Sequence record: OY744514.1
Strand: one strand, 5' to 3'
Length of the DNA stretch: 32,000 bases
The position numbers were made by a program, and so were the translations under genes. The notes under the pieces are model-generated. The model was given only the letters and a program-made list of their open reading frames with translations. It was not told the origin of the DNA and did not search any database. Positions 1 through 9,910 of the stretch are shown here, piece by piece; the first letter of the stretch is position 1; each line of letters starts with the position of its first letter.

Positions 1-3000
1 GTTTGATTTTGACGAAAAAGAAGAGATTTTAGATTGTTGAATTGAATAAATTTCTTGGTTTTCCATTTTTTCTTCCACTACTTTTTGTGTTTCTTCTAAA
101 GAATTTAGAGTTTCTACAGATTTTACTACAGATGAAGTCATTTGATTTAAATAAGCATCACGAATTCGAATTGCTTCAGGAATTGCTAATGGTTTATAAT
201 CTTTATCTCCAATTTGTAGAATATTAGGATTTATATTATCATGTTCTAAAATTTCAGGAATAGATAATTCTTTTAATTCATTTTTTATATTATTATATGA
301 TAATGTTTGCCAAACATTATCTGTGTTCTTTTGGAAATTTGGTAAAAAATCTTGCCACCACCATTTTTTTACATCATTATAAGCTTTTATATTTTTTAAT
401 TTTTTATTTAAAACTCTAATTTTTGCTTTTCCATAACGGCGTCGCTTTTTAATTTTGCGTCTTGCTAGAGCATCTTTTTGTTTTTTATGTTTTTTCCAAA
501 AACGGTGTTTACGGATACGAGTTCTTCTTTGTTTTATTTCACGTGTTTCAAATTTTTTAGAAGAGGTTTTTTGATTTTTTTGATTCAATAGATTATTGAA
601 TATTAAAAGTTTTTTATTTTGAATTTTTTCCTGACTATTTGTATCCATAGAACTTTGTGCTGAACTAGCTGCATATTTTTTTAAAAATCGAAATTGACCT
701 TTTAATTTTTCTCCTAATGTTCGCTTTTTAATAGGCCCACGCCCTTTTAAAAAACGATAACGTCTCATGCGTGAGCGTCTTTTTTTGAATTTTTTTGTAA
801 ATAAATTTTCTACAAAATTTTGAGAATTTTTTGTATAATTTTGCCAAGTTTTTTCTCCTCTTGAACTATATAATTTGTTAACATTATTTTCTTTCTTTTG
901 CTCTTTCGCAGAGCGATCGAGTGAGTAAACATTATTTACAATTTTAAGTTCTTCTAAATCTTTCTTTTTTCTTACATTTGATGAAGGAAGTTTTGTAACA
1001 AATTTTTTAAAATCTTTAAGATTATTACTTTCATAATTATTATGAATATATGATAAATTTTTATTATTTCTTAATCTTTTTAATGTTTTACGAATTTTTT
1101 TACGTCTTGATAATACTGTTTCATTTTTTCTCCATTGATTTAAATCTTTTTGTCCTTTAAATAAATTGACACGCTCCTTCGCTTCTTCGCTTCGCGAAAG
1201 AGAGCGCGCAAGCATAGCTTTTGCGCGCTCTCGCAAAGCGAAGAAGCGTGCAAAAGTAAAATCTTTTTTATTTAATTTTAAATTTTCTTTATTTAAAATT
1301 TTAGTTTTTAAAAATTCAAATGGCATTAAAGTGTGACGTATTACAAAATTCATCATTTTTTCTAAATTGCTTATATTATCTTGTTTCGCGGAGCGATGCA
1401 TAGAACCAGCAGGATAATTTGAATTATATGCTTTTTTGAAATTTTGTTCGAAGTTATAGATTTTATTAAAAGAATTTTCTAAACGGATGTTTAAATAATT
1501 TTTTAATAGAATTTTTTGACTTTTTGTAAATTTTTGAGATTTTGTTTGTTTTGTTTTTCTATTTTTAACACTTGTATTATAAGCTTCTTTTATTGCTTTA
1601 ATATAAGATGATGATAATCCATTATAAGAAAGCACATTTTGATATTTTGAAATTGAAGAATCTGAAACATACCAATTTTTAATACGTTCGATACGTAATT
1701 TTAAGTTTTTTTGTTTTCTTTGTTTTTGTTTTTCATGTTTATCAACTCGACTTAATACATAATTTTTTAAAGCTTTTTGATCATAAAGTTTATTATGACA
1801 TTTTTTTAAAAGTTCAAACCATAAAGAATTATTTTTCAGGACCATAGATTGTTCAAGATCTTTGTTTCTGAATGAACCATCATTGATTTCAAAACTATTT
1901 GATAATACTGATTTTTTTAATAAAGCATTTTTTTCTTGTAATAAAAAGTCTTTTTCATTTGTGATTGGACTCACTCCTCTTAATTTTCTACCACGAAATA
2001 AAAATTTTGTTAATTCAGAATAATCTTTATTATTTAATAAATATTTTATGTATTCTTCACGAATTGGTGTTGATTTTTTTAAATATTCACGAATAATATC
2101 AGCAGATTGGTTTTTTAAATCAGTTATTATTAATGTTGAATATACATTATTTTTTTGTGTTTCATTTTCTTTCTTTTGTTCTTTTGCTTCTTCGCTTTGT
2201 GAAAGAGAATGTATTGAATTTGAGGGAAAAGAACCAAATGAACTATTGGATTTTGACGAAAAAATCCATTTAAAATCTTCATCTGCTAAAATTTCTTCAT
2301 GAAAAACTGAATCAGATAATAAAGATTGATTTTTATCATTAGAAAATTCATTATATAACGGTTGATCAAATTTTAAAATTGTTTGATCATTTGAAAAAGG
2401 TGTTATTGCAAATAAATGACGAATTTTTTTAAAAGTTCCAATAAATTGCTGATTATATACACGACTAGTTAATGTTTTTGTGCCAGAAATTTTTGTTTTC
2501 ATTGAATCATAATGTTGCATGTGTGTATACCAACGTAGTGAATTATAATATTCTGACATTAAGAAACGTTTAAAATGCAATAAACTTTCATCTTTTTTTG
2601 TTAAAAAATGATTTTTTGGTTGTCGACGAATAAATGAATCCACATCAAATTTCAATAATAAGCGATTGAAAGGACTATAATACCAATGTTGTAACACATC
2701 TTTATAAATTTCATATCTATAACGACTTGCTCTTTTACTAACTAAAGAATAAAAATGTGTAGGTTTTTGAATATTATTTAATTTTATTAACTCCTTATTT
2801 GAACTTGCGCAAGCGTTGCTTCCTTCAGAGCGTAAGCAAAAGTCAGTTAATGTTTCATTAAGACTTTTTGATTGTTTATTTTTATTTAAAAAATCAGAAG
2901 AATTTATTGTTATTCCAGTTTTTTCTTCACTTTTTGCTCCTTTGCTTTGCTCCTCAAGTGAAAGCATAATTGTAGATGTTGCTAAGGCTTTTGTTTCACT

Positions 3001-5559
3001 GTTAATATTTAATTTTCTTGGAATTCTAGAACCCTTACGTCTTGCTTTTCTCATTGTAGCAACTCTCATGGTTCTTTCCCAACGTAATGTTGGTTTATAA
3101 TAATAAAAAAATCTTTTCATCATAACTCGAAAATAAGGTGCATTTTTTTCAATCCCAAAATTTCTATATTGATTTACTCCATAAAAATTTAATTTCTTCT
3201 TAAAAGCTTTTTCTTGTTGTAAATAATACTTTAATGGATGTAATAATGTAATTGGTTTATAAAGTTTATATGGCGCAGAACTTACGCAAGCATAGCTTCC
3301 TTCGGAGCGCGCGCGAAGCGAGCAAAAGTCATTTAATTTATTTTTTTTATATGTTTCTTTAGTTTCCTTTATAGTGGAAGATTTTTCATTCTTATTATAT
3401 GATTTATTTAATAATGAAAGAGTTTTTATTTGAGATTCTTCCATATTTTTTATATTTTGATTACTATTAGTGTTTTCACTTTTTAAAAAAGTTTTATATC
3501 TTAAAATAAGACGCTCATTATTAGAAAGTTGTTTTTGTATATCTTGTTTAAAATTTTCATTTTTATTAAAATTCAACACAGAATTTTTGTAAAATTTTTC
3601 TAATAAAGTTTGTTCTAATTTTAAATTTGCTTTTTTAGGATTATGTGAAATTTTTGAAAACATATATTTCCATCTTTTTGAATAAATTGGTTCAAGATTT
3701 GCTGTTTCAGATTTCATAAAATTATAAGCTTTTTTGTTTAGAGTTGTTTTTTGTAATTGTCGTTGTATTTTTGCTAATTTAACTCTGTTTTCTGTTTTGC
3801 GTAAAAATTTGCGTAAAGCTGAATTTTGTGTTATTACATTTTGTTTCTTTTCTTTTAATTTTTGATCAAAATAAATTGAAACATTTCGTTGATTTTGTTT
3901 AAAATTTTCTAAAGGTATCATTATTTTTTCATTTTGAAAATTTGAGATTGCACGGTTCTTTGTTCCTTTGCTTTGCTCCTCCATAGGAAGCGAAAGAAAA
4001 GTTGTTGCGTTGGTTTGCGCGCTCTCTTTCGCTGCTCGCGGAGCGAAGGCAAAGCCGACACGCATGCGAAGAAGCGAAGGAGCGAGCGCTTCATTATTTA
4101 TTGAATTTTCTATATTTTTAGTTGATTTGCTTTTAAATTCATGAAATTCTGGATGATATGCTTGTTCAAATAAAATTCTGAAAAATTCAATTCTAGGACC
4201 CATAAATGATTCTAATCGCGGACGAGTTAATTGTTTTTTAAATGATCTCATCCATGGACCTGGGAAAAATCGAAATCTTACTCTATGGTTTCGAATTTTA
4301 CGTCTTAACCAAAAACGGTCAAATCCATAATTTAAATCTTCAATTGTAAATAAATCATAAGTACCTTGATCATATAAAGATGCATCAAAAGTTCGGTAAC
4401 GTCTGACTCTACGTTTCCATCTTTCTCTACGACCATGACGACCTCTATTTCTTCTTGTATTTCGATCTGATGCTTTACTATTTAAGAAAGAGGTTTCCAA
4501 TAAAACTTTTTGTTCCACTAATCGATCTTCATGGGTAAAGCCTAAAGGATTTGTTATAGTATAATCTAGGCCTAAATAAGTAACATTTGAAATGGCACAA
4601 ATCATTGTTAAGTATAAAAATAAAAAGTTTAAAAATTTATAATAAAAAGTTGTTGTTACTTTAAATGATGAAATAATCCAAATATAAAAATTATATGCAG
4701 GATTTTCCCAAAACCAGCAAGTTAATTGTAGAAGGCTTAAACTTCCAACTAAAATACCAATTAAATAAAATCCATGAATCATAAAAAATTCAAACATATT
4801 TGTATTTAAACTTGGGAAAGTTTCTAGTAATGTAGAATCGGAACCAACAGAAATATTACTTAAAAAAGGAAATAAATTTGTTTGTTCTGTAAAAGCTAGT
4901 AAGAAGTTTAGAAGGAATATTTTATATTTGGAAAGATCATCTAAAACTGAGCGTCTTTCAGAATAGCTGTCCCACATATATTTTACTAATAAAATAAAAC
5001 CTAATAAATATCTTAAAATATCAAAGGATAACCATGGAATTACTAAAAATCTAAAGCCAAATATTACACTTCCAATCCAAACAAAATTTCCTGCAATGGT
5101 ACCTAAACCAGCAATATATCCTGCTTCTAGTCCTTGCATTACAAATCGACGTAAAGTTATAATATGAGCTGTAGATGTTGGCAGGAATATAAATACACTA
5201 TTCATTGCCCCAATCATAAACTTTTCTAAACAATAGAAAAATAGATTTTGGTTTCCATATGATATTGGTTGTTCTAGCAATGTCATTGAATTTTGGAAAG
5301 ATCCATTAAAAATGGATATTTCAGATATCATTGCTGATGCAATATCAGGAACCAATGTTGGAATTGACCAAATGGTTTGTAACCATTTTAAACTAAAAAA
5401 ATTTGCAAGAATTTCTTTAGTAGCTAGAACTAAAAAAGTTGTTCCAGCTCCAAAATCGTAATAACTATTTAATCCATTCATTGAATCTGTTTCAATTAAT
5501 TTATGAAGGACTTCTATATAGTCTTTTACTGAAGTAACTAAAGATAAAATTGTTAACAT
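1..5559 (-). CDS. ycf1: Ycf1/Tic214-like giant ORF (Chlamydomonas ORF1995 type); 3' end lies beyond the window
   Basis: ATG at 5559-5557 on the minus strand. The frame stayed stop-free in every 60-nt line I checked, down to position 1 (1853 codons). It is missing from the ORF track, presumably because no stop falls in the window. The N-terminus is hydrophobic, and LPTSTAHIITLRRFVMQGLEAGYIAGLGTIAGNF resembles the conserved Ycf1 N-terminal motif (IGPS..FLLRARVMEEG......G.ITGQ). The rest is K/N/R-rich low complexity, as in algal ycf1. Confidence 0.7.
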   Translation of the reverse strand, partial: MLTILSLVTSVKDYIEVLHKLIETDSMNGLNSYYDFGAGTTFLVLATKEILANFFSLKWLQTIWSIPTLVPDIASAMISEISIFNGSFQNSMTLLEQPISYGNQNLFFYCLEKFMIGAMNSVFIFLPTSTAHIITLRRFVMQGLEAGYIAGLGTIAGNFVWIGSVIFGFRFLVIPWLSFDILRYLLGFILLVKYMWDSYSERRSVLDDLSKYKIFLLNFLLAFTEQTNLFPFLSNISVGSDSTLLETFPSLNTNMFEFFMIHGFYLIGILVGSLSLLQLTCWFWENPAYNFYIWIISSFKVTTTFYYKFLNFLFLYLTMICAISNVTYLGLDYTITNPLGFTHEDRLVEQKVLLETSFLNSKASDRNTRRNRGRHGRRERWKRRVRRYRTFDASLYDQGTYDLFTIEDLNYGFDRFWLRRKIRNHRVRFRFFPGPWMRSFKKQLTRPRLESFMGPRIEFFRILFEQAYHPEFHEFKSKSTKNIENSINNEALAPSLLRMRVGFAFAPRAAKESAQTNATTFLSLPMEEQSKGTKNRAISNFQNEKIMIPLENFKQNQRNVSIYFDQKLKEKKQNVITQNSALRKFLRKTENRVKLAKIQRQLQKTTLNKKAYNFMKSETANLEPIYSKRWKYMFSKISHNPKKANLKLEQTLLEKFYKNSVLNFNKNENFKQDIQKQLSNNERLILRYKTFLKSENTNSNQNIKNMEESQIKTLSLLNKSYNKNEKSSTIKETKETYKKNKLNDFCSLRARSEGSYACVSSAPYKLYKPITLLHPLKYYLQQEKAFKKKLNFYGVNQYRNFGIEKNAPYFRVMMKRFFYYYKPTLRWERTMRVATMRKARRKGSRIPRKLNINSETKALATSTIMLSLEEQSKGAKSEEKTGITINSSDFLNKNKQSKSLNETLTDFCLRSEGSNACASSNKELIKLNNIQKPTHFYSLVSKRASRYRYEIYKDVLQHWYYSPFNRLLLKFDVDSFIRRQPKNHFLTKKDESLLHFKRFLMSEYYNSLRWYTHMQHYDSMKTKISGTKTLTSRVYNQQFIGTFKKIRHLFAITPFSNDQTILKFDQPLYNEFSNDKNQSLLSDSVFHEEILADEDFKWIFSSKSNSSFGSFPSNSIHSLSQSEEAKEQKKENETQKNNVYSTLIITDLKNQSADIIREYLKKSTPIREEYIKYLLNNKDYSELTKFLFRGRKLRGVSPITNEKDFLLQEKNALLKKSVLSNSFEINDGSFRNKDLEQSMVLKNNSLWFELLKKCHNKLYDQKALKNYVLSRVDKHEKQKQRKQKNLKLRIERIKNWYVSDSSISKYQNVLSYNGLSSSYIKAIKEAYNTSVKNRKTKQTKSQKFTKSQKILLKNYLNIRLENSFNKIYNFEQNFKKAYNSNYPAGSMHRSAKQDNISNLEKMMNFVIRHTLMPFEFLKTKILNKENLKLNKKDFTFARFFALRERAKAMLARSLSRSEEAKERVNLFKGQKDLNQWRKNETVLSRRKKIRKTLKRLRNNKNLSYIHNNYESNNLKDFKKFVTKLPSSNVRKKKDLEELKIVNNVYSLDRSAKEQKKENNVNKLYSSRGEKTWQNYTKNSQNFVENLFTKKFKKRRSRMRRYRFLKGRGPIKKRTLGEKLKGQFRFLKKYAASSAQSSMDTNSQEKIQNKKLLIFNNLLNQKNQKTSSKKFETREIKQRRTRIRKHRFWKKHKKQKDALARRKIKKRRRYGKAKIRVLNKKLKNIKAYNDVKKWWWQDFLPNFQKNTDNVWQTLSYNNIKNELKELSIPEILEHDNINPNILQIGDKDYKPLAIPEAIRIRDAYLNQMTSSVVKSVETLNSLEETQKVVEEKMENQEIYSIQQSKISSFSSKSN
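1170..1260. repeat. GC-rich SDR copy lying in-frame inside ycf1
   Basis: Contains ctccttcgcttcttcgc, gcaagcatagcttttgcgcgctc and gcaaaagtaaa, the same modules seen in intergenic blocks. No minus-strand stop occurs in the ycf1 frame; it reads ...FTFARFFALRERAKAMLARSLSRSEEAKER... Confidence 0.8.
3961..4092. repeat. GC-rich SDR cluster lying in-frame inside ycf1
   Basis: Contains gcggagcgaaggcaaagccgacacgcatgcgaagaagcgaaggagcgagcg, a family motif. In the ycf1 frame it reads ...EALAPSLLRMRVGFAFAPRAAKESAQTNATTFLSLPMEEQSKG... Smaller SDR-like patches sit near 895-935, 2160-2215, 2801-2845, 2925-2965 and 3271-3330. Confidence 0.75.
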
Positions 5560-5814
5560 GATTTTTCTTTTATTTAATTATTTTCTATTTGCTTTCTTGT
5601 AGAAAATTTTGTTACGGTCTTTATTGATTTACTTGTAAACTTTGTTTACGCGCGGAGCGAGCAAAAGATAGAAAGAAATTTTTATTTTTTAACTTTGCTT
5701 TTCATTTAAATATAAATAAAGTAAAGTAAAAAAATAAAATATATTAATTTTTTATTTTATAGGCTTTAAAATGCGATTCATTATGCTAAAAAAATTCAAC
5801 AAATAAGTTTTTAT

Positions 5815-7670
5815 CCTTGTGCTTCTTCTTTAACTTGCGCTCCTTCGCAGAGCTAAGAGGAAGCTCTCCTTCGCTGCTTCGGTGCGCTAGCGCGACCGAC
5901 CCGCATGCGAAGAGGAAGATGCATAGCTTTTGCGCGCTTTCTCTTGCGCTCTTCGCTGCTTCTTCGCTTCGCGAACCGGACCGCATGCTTCCTCCTTCGC
6001 AGAGCGAAGAGGAAGCTCTCCTTCGGTGCGCTAGCTCTTCGCTCTGCGAAGGAGAGGAGGAAGATGCATAGCTTTTGCTCCGGCTTTTGCTTGCGCAAAA
6101 GCTATGCATCGCGTAGCGAAGCAAGAGGAAAAGCTAAAGCCGAAGGAGCTTCCTCCGGAGCAAAAGGAAGATTATTATTTCACTTCTTCTTTCTGAATCA
6201 TATAATTAAATCATATAATTAAGAAGTAATTAATAATAATAACTTGTAACTTGCGCTCTTCGCGAAGCTTCCTCCGGAGAGGAAGCTTCTTCTTCGCATG
6301 CGGGTCGGCTTCGCCGAAGCAGCGAAGGAGCGAAGATGCAAAGCTTTTGCGCGCTCTCTTTCTTCGCTCCGGTTCGCGAAGCGAAGAAGCTCCGCGAGCG
6401 AAGAAGCTTCCTGTCTTCGCTTCGCCTCCTTCTTCGCGGAGCTTCTTCGCTTCGCGAACCGGAGCGAAGAAGCGAAGATGCATAGCTTTTGCGCGCTCTC
6501 TTTCGCGAAGCGAAGAAGCGAAGAAGCGTGCAAAAGGAAGGAGCGAAGGAGAAGCGTGCAAAAGATAAAATTTACAAGCAACTTGCGCTTCGCTCGGCTC
6601 TGCCGAAGCGTGCAAAAGAAGTAAGAAGTAATTAAAAAGAAAGAAATAATCTTATATTATTTATATTATTTAGTATTATATAAGAAATATTAAATATTAT
6701 AAGAAATATTATATAAGAAAGATATATTAAAAGAAATATTAAATATTATAAGAAATATAATATTTAATATAAAAAGAAATATAAAATGAAGGAGTAACTT
6801 GCGCTCCTTCCTTTTGCTCGCTCCGCGCGCGCAAAAGCTATGCTTGCGCAAGGCGAAGCGAAAGGAAGCTCTCCTTCGGACCGGAGGAAGATGCATAGCT
6901 CTTTCTTCGCTTCTTCGCAAAGCGAAGAAGAAGCGAAGCGCTCTCGCTTCGGTCGCGCTAGCGCTTCGCTTCTTCTTCGCTTTGCGAAGAAGCGAAGAAA
7001 GAGCGAAGAAGCGTGCAAAAGATGGATGAAATACGGAGAGAGAGGGATTCGAACCCTCGGTACGAAAAAGATCGTACAACGGATTAGCAATCAGTCGCTT
7101 TCGACCACTCAGCCATCTCTCCTTTTGCTCCGGCTTTTGCTTTTCCTCTTCGCTCCTTCTTCGCTTCTTCTCCGGAGGAAGCTTTGCGAAGCTTCCTCCG
7201 GAGAAGAAGCGAAGAAGGAGAAGCTTCCTCTTCGCTCTGCGAAGGAGAGGAGGAAGATGCATAGCTTTTGCTCTTGCGCTTCTTCGCTCCTTCTTCGCTT
7301 CTTCTTCGCTTCTTCGCAAAGCGAAGAAGAAGCGAAGAAGGAGCGATGCATAGCTTTTGCTCCGGTTTGCTGCTTCGGTGCGCTAGCGCGACCGACCCGC
7401 ATGCGAAGAAAAGCAAAAGCCGGAGGAAAAGCAAAAGTCGAAAGAGCGAGCAACTTGCGCTCCTTCCTTTTGCTTGCGCAAAAGCTATGCTTGCGCAAGG
7501 CAGAGCGAAGAGGAAGCTTCTTCTTCGCTTCTTCGCAAAGCGAAGAAGGAGCGAAGATGCAAAGCTTTTGCGCGCTCTCGCTTCGGTCGCGCTAGCGCTT
7601 CGCTTCTTCTTCGCTTTGCGAAGAAGCGAAGAAAGAGCGAAGGAGCGAGCAAAAGAAGAAGAAGAAAGAT
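5815..7670. repeat. About 1.9-kb block of GC-rich short dispersed repeats, with AT-rich breaks near 6170-6240 and 6625-6795
   Basis: Motifs recur in both orientations: gatgcatagcttttgcgcgc / gcgcaaaagctatgcatc, aacttgcgctccttcgc, cgcatgcgaagaa, ggtgcgctagcgc, and hairpin units cttcgcttcttcgc-WWW-gcgaagaagcgaag (for example 6905-6938, 6964-6998). Confidence 0.9.
7034..7122 (-). tRNA. trnS-GCU: tRNA-Ser (GCU), class II with a long variable arm
   Basis: Reverse complement is ggagagatggctgagtggtcgaaagcgactgattgctaatccgttgtacgatctttttcgtaccgagggttcgaatccctctctctccg. Acceptor GGAGAGA pairs with TCTCTCC, the T-loop is GGTTCGAATCC, and the anticodon loop is TTGCTAA. There is one U-C mismatch in the anticodon stem. 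Confidence 0.9.
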
Positions 7671-7678
7671 CATCCTGG

Positions 7679-7793
7679 CGCTAGTTGAGTTTTCCTGCCA
7701 GACTTCCAACAAGTCCATCAACTTCTAAAGAGTTTCACAGCCAAGTTCGGGATGGATTGGCGTGGTTCCACTTTAGCATAGAGCACCAGAATT
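7679..7793 (-). rRNA. rrn5: 5S rRNA
   Basis: Reverse complement is attctggtgctctatgctaaagtggaaccacgccaatccatcccgaacttggctgtgaaactc...gcgccaggatgat. This matches the plastid 5S pattern (..CCATCCCGAACTTGG.., with 5' TCTGGTG pairing to 3' CGCCAGGA). Ends are within about 3 nt. Confidence 0.9.
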
Positions 7794-8050
7794 TCAGCGG
7801 AGCAAAGCTCCGGCGTGTATTCTTTTCATTACATTATAAGACTTGCAAAAAAAGTTTGCAAGCAACTCGCTCCGCGAGCGCAAGCAAAGCTTTTGCGCAA
7901 GCAAAAGAAGAAAGAAGAAAGAAATAAAAATTGGTCAAAATCAATTGGCCTTTAGTATATCTCGGCTCAAATCCTTGCAGACCTTTCACCTGATACCTAT
8001 CATCAGCTTGTCTAGCTGTGGCATAATGGAGAGCGCTCATCTTGAGGAAA

Positions 8051-8081
<31 letters not shown>

Positions 8082-8251
8082 TAAACCGTGCGTAGCTACT
8101 CAGCGTTTCCCTCTGGAGAGAGAACTGATACACCATAGGCACGACCTTAAAAATCCTCTCGTACTATTTAAGGGTCCTCTCAGCGCTCTAACGACAACAT
8201 CGGATATGGACCAAACTGTCTTACGACGTTTTGAACCCAGCTCACGTACCA

Positions 8252-8285
<34 letters not shown>

Positions 8286-8289
8286 ACTA

Positions 8290-8330
<41 letters not shown>

Positions 8331-8449
8331 TTCTCGTCGATGTGAACTCTTGGAGAAGATCAGCCTGTTATCCCTAGAGTAACTTTTATCCGTTGAGCGA
8401 CGGCCCTTCCACACGGACACCGTCGGATCACTAAGGCCGGCTTTCGCCC

Positions 8450-8480
<31 letters not shown>

Positions 8481-8530
8481 TCCTTTTGCCTTTACACTCT
8501 GTAACGTCTGATTTCCGTCCAGACTGAGGA

Positions 8531-8563
<33 letters not shown>

Positions 8564-9648
8564 ACTTTCGCCCCAAAAAAACTGCCTTCCTGAAAACGTC
8601 AAATGTCCCGATTAGGGATCACTCTTAGGATTCTAGCCTTTCCAGAGTGGTCTCTCACTGATGGCTCCAATCTCTCCGGAAAGAAATCTTCAATGCCTCC
8701 CACCTAGACTGCGCAAGAAAAGCCCGAACCCAATTCCAGGATACAGTCAAGCTTCATAGGGTCTTTCTGTCCAAATGTTGTTAATCCGCATCTTCACGGA
8801 TAAGTCTATTTCACCAAGTCTCTCTCTGAGACAGTATTCAGATCATTACGCCTTTCGTGCAGGTCGAAACTTACTCGACAATGAATTTCGCTACCTTAGA
8901 ACTGTCATAGTTACAGCTGCCGTTCACCGGGGCTTCGGTTGTCAGCTTCTCTGAGCACAAGGCCCAAATAACCAACTTCCTTCACCTTCCGGCACTGGGC
9001 AGGCGTCAGCCCCCATATATTGTCTTACGACTTTGCGGAGACCTGTGTTTTTGGTAAACAGTTGCCTGAATCTTGTTACTGTGGCCCTTGATAAAATCAA
9101 AGGCGCCCCTTCTCCCGAAGTTACGGGGCCAATTTGCCGAGTTCCTTAGAGAGAGTTCTCTTGCGCCCCTTAGTATTCTCTACCAACCTACCTGTGTCGG
9201 TTTCAGGTACAGGTTTTTTGAAGGTTTATTCTTAAAAAGATGGTGTACGAGCTTTTCTTGGAAGTATGACATCATTGACACTCTACCCGAACAAGTTCAG
9301 GAGAGTGGGATCATGCCTTAGCTACAGATTCGTTTTTCTTCGATCTGTTTAACCTCGGACACTTCCACTGCATTCCATTCACAGACTCAATTTAGCCGAC
9401 TTCGTCCCTCGGTTCCCCTTCAAAAAAGTACAGGAATATCAACCTGTTTGCCATCGACTACGCCTATCGGCCTCGCCTTAGGTCCTGACTCACCCTTCAT
9501 GGACGAACCTTGTAAAGGAACCCTTAGGTTTTCGGGGCATTGGATTCTCACCAATGTTTTCGTTACTCAAGCCGACATTCTCACTTCAGCATCGTCCACT
9601 CAAACTTACATCAAAGCTTCACCCAATGCTGAACGCTCCCCTACCGAT

Positions 9649-9910
9649 TTTTATTTTTTTTTTTTTGCTTGTAAATTTTATCTTTTGCTCGGTCGCGCGC
9701 TCGGTCGCGCTAGCGCACCGAAGCACCGAAGCACCGAAGCACCGAAGCACCGAAGCACCGAAGCACCGAAGCACCGAAGCACCGAAGCACCGAAGCACCG
9801 AAGCACCGAAGCGAAGCTTCCTGTCTTCGCTTCTTCGCTTTGCGAAGAAGAAGCGAAGGAGCGCAAGTTACAAGTTTTATTTAAATTCTTTAAATAAAAA
9901 AAACAAAAAA
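9649..9910 (-). other. About 260-nt insertion in the 23S gene between ..GCCGAAGCTATGAGAT and ATCGGTAGGGGAGCGTTC..; candidate internal transcribed spacer (gamma/delta-type break) or expansion segment
   Basis: The conserved flanks are contiguous in E. coli 23S (recalled alignment, region around position 1170). The insert consists of T/A runs, SDR modules (cgcgctagcgc, cttcgcttcttcgctttgcgaagaagaagcgaag, gcgcaagtta) and an 8-bp tandem array. Confidence 0.6.
9716..9811. repeat. Perfect tandem array (CACCGAAG) x12 inside the 23S insertion
   Basis: Counted directly: 96 nt of exact 8-bp period starting at c9716. Confidence 0.95.

Noticed and set aside
42-3100. Plus-strand ORFs 42-227, 2048-2302 and 2816-3100
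   Set aside because: They are antisense to the long ycf1 frame, are F/L/S-rich as expected from an AT-rich antisense strand, and partly lie over SDR patches.
5786-7728. More than 20 overlapping ORFs of 76-251 aa on both strands, rich in R/S/E/A/K/F/L (RRSEEAKK, FASSLLRF and similar patterns)
   Set aside because: They sit entirely on SDR sequence. Its GAAGCG/CTTCGC composition rarely forms TAA, TAG or TGA in any frame. The ORFs overlap each other in several frames and on both strands, and one reads through trnS-GCU. They show no start context or homology-like motifs. The same applies to the ORFs at 11171-11713, 15368-15658, 15991-16375, 16378-18002, 18225-18443, 18871-19244, 20914-21149, 23382-23907, 24874-25133, 27599-27943 and 30221-30516.
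9716-9811. Possible CRISPR-like arrays (8-bp x12 here; 16-bp x14 at 17604-17827; 11-bp x9 at 27664-27762)
   Set aside because: The units are directly abutting with no spacers, they are far shorter than CRISPR repeats, and the context is organellar. These are simple tandem repeats.
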